64,000 nt of DNA. Source: Paludibacteraceae bacterium. Its GTDB lineage: Bacteria > Bacteroidota > Bacteroidia > Bacteroidales > Paludibacteraceae. Where the stretch lies: positions 4,688 to 68,687 of the forward strand of contig JAFSQV010000014.1 of NCBI GenBank assembly GCA_017446455.1, in the 5' to 3' direction. Position 1 is the stretch's first letter, and every line of letters begins with the position of its first letter. Below, piece after piece: positions 63,240 to 64,000 of this stretch. A program made the translations under genes and the position numbers. The notes beneath the pieces were generated by a model. That model saw only the letters and a list, made by a program, of their open reading frames with translations, ran no database searches and was not told the origin of the DNA.

Positions 63240-63890
63240 TTATGCCGTGATTTTCATCTTATGTATCACTTCTATTGGATCTTTCGCTCCGAAGACGGCA
63301 CTGCCGGCTACCAGCACATCCGCGCCGGCGTCGAACAATGCATGCGCATTCTCTGCGTTCACACCGCCGTCAATCTCAATCAGCGTCTGCAGTCCCCGCT
63401 CCTCTATCTCCGCCTTGATAAAGCGAATCTTATCCATCGTCTCGGGAATGAATTTCTGGCCTCCGAAGCCCGCAAAAACCGACATTAGCAACACCATATC
63501 CACCTTGTCCAAATACGGAACCAAACGTTTTACGTCAATGTCCGGATTGATGGTAAGACACGTCCTCACGCCCTTCGCCTTAATCAAATCCAGGATAGGC
63601 AGCGGATCGTCCACAGCCTCCAAGTGAAAACCGACCGACCACGCACCCGCATCGCAAAATCGCTCCACGTATTTCTCCGGATGAACGATCATCAGGTGCA
63701 CATCCAGCGGCTTTGTGCAATACTTGCGCATCGGCTCCATCAGCGGAAAACCGAACGAGATATTCGGCACAAACGTACCATCCATCACGTCCACATGCAA
63801 CCAGTCCGCTTCACTGCGGTTAATCATTTCCAAATCCTGTGCCAAATGACCGAAATCGGCCGACAAAACACTTGGTGCAATCAGTCTCAT
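63240..63890 (-). CDS. rpe: ribulose-phosphate 3-epimerase
   Basis: MRLIAPSVLSADFGHLAQDLEMINRSEADWLHVDVMDGTFVPNISFG is a classic Rpe N-terminus. Confidence 0.9.
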   Translation of the reverse strand: MRLIAPSVLSADFGHLAQDLEMINRSEADWLHVDVMDGTFVPNISFGFPLMEPMRKYCTKPLDVHLMIVHPEKYVERFCDAGAWSVGFHLEAVDDPLPILDLIKAKGVRTCLTINPDIDVKRLVPYLDKVDMVLLMSVFAGFGGQKFIPETMDKIRFIKAEIEERGLQTLIEIDGGVNAENAHALFDAGADVLVAGSAVFGAKDPIEVIHKMKITA

Positions 63891-64000
63891 TTTGATTCGT
63901 TAAATACAAGTTTATATCCTTTGCCTCTCACCGCCGCAATCGAGTATCCGGCGCGTTCCAAAAATCGACGTAAGTGATTGATATACACGCCCATAGAGCG
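63887..64000 (-). CDS. response regulator, C-terminal winged-helix fragment (gene starts beyond the window end)
   Basis: Minus-strand frame reads ...MGVYINHLRRFLERAGYSIAAVRGKGYKLVFNESK*, the OmpR/PhoB-type trans_reg_C ending. Its TGA overlaps the rpe ATG. Confidence 0.6.
   Translation of the reverse strand, partial: RSMGVYINHLRRFLERAGYSIAAVRGKGYKLVFNESK

Overview
The window is a Bacteroidota (Bacteroidales-like) chromosome segment. This is supported by recurrent TAnnTTTG -7 promoter boxes with upstream TTTG elements, a T9SS-type C-terminal sorting domain, and a tmRNA tag ending YALAA. It carries one large accessory element. Coordinates 5379-49221 hold a ~43.8 kb, apparently complete temperate tailed prophage integrated into the 3' end of tRNA-Arg(CCG), with a 15-bp att core TGTGACCCCGCTGGG at both ends. 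Left host flank (1-5280): 5' part of sufB, tRNA-Cys, a nucleosidase-like gene, an RlmI-like methyltransferase, a DEDDh exonuclease, initiator tRNA-fMet and a secreted EEP-family nuclease/phosphatase. Prophage modules, left to right: (1) minus-strand lysogeny module with integrase, three HTH regulators and a T5orf172/GIY-YIG protein. (2) Early module with an excisionase-like HTH, a Rad50/SMC-like ATPase, RecT/Bet, an MBL hydrolase, an iteron-containing initiator, an ASCH-like plus radical-SAM pair, many small ORFans, a ParB-DNA methyltransferase fusion and a compact MetK-like SAM synthetase. (3) Two tRNA-like elements. (4) TerS and TerL. (5) A tail chaperone with a -1 frameshift, the tape measure protein and tail-tip proteins. 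(6) A putative portal, a MuF protein with a C-terminal Cys/His domain, scaffold, major capsid and connectors. (7) A BspA-type LRR protein. (8) A lysis cassette with no classical endolysin. (9) VRR-NUC and a DnaA-C-like HTH. (10) A six-gene right-arm ORFan operon. Right host flank (49209-64000): tRNA-Arg, a Zn-metallopeptidase, Fur, a GNAT-like protein, tRNA-Ala, tmRNA, a ComEA-like protein, XseA, an OM beta-barrel protein, a 2191-aa T9SS cargo protein, ComEC (with an in-frame 15-bp VNTR), Rpe and the 3' end of a response regulator. No CRISPR array, rRNA, transposase or reverse transcriptase was seen. All functional calls come from motif reading by eye; no database search was run.
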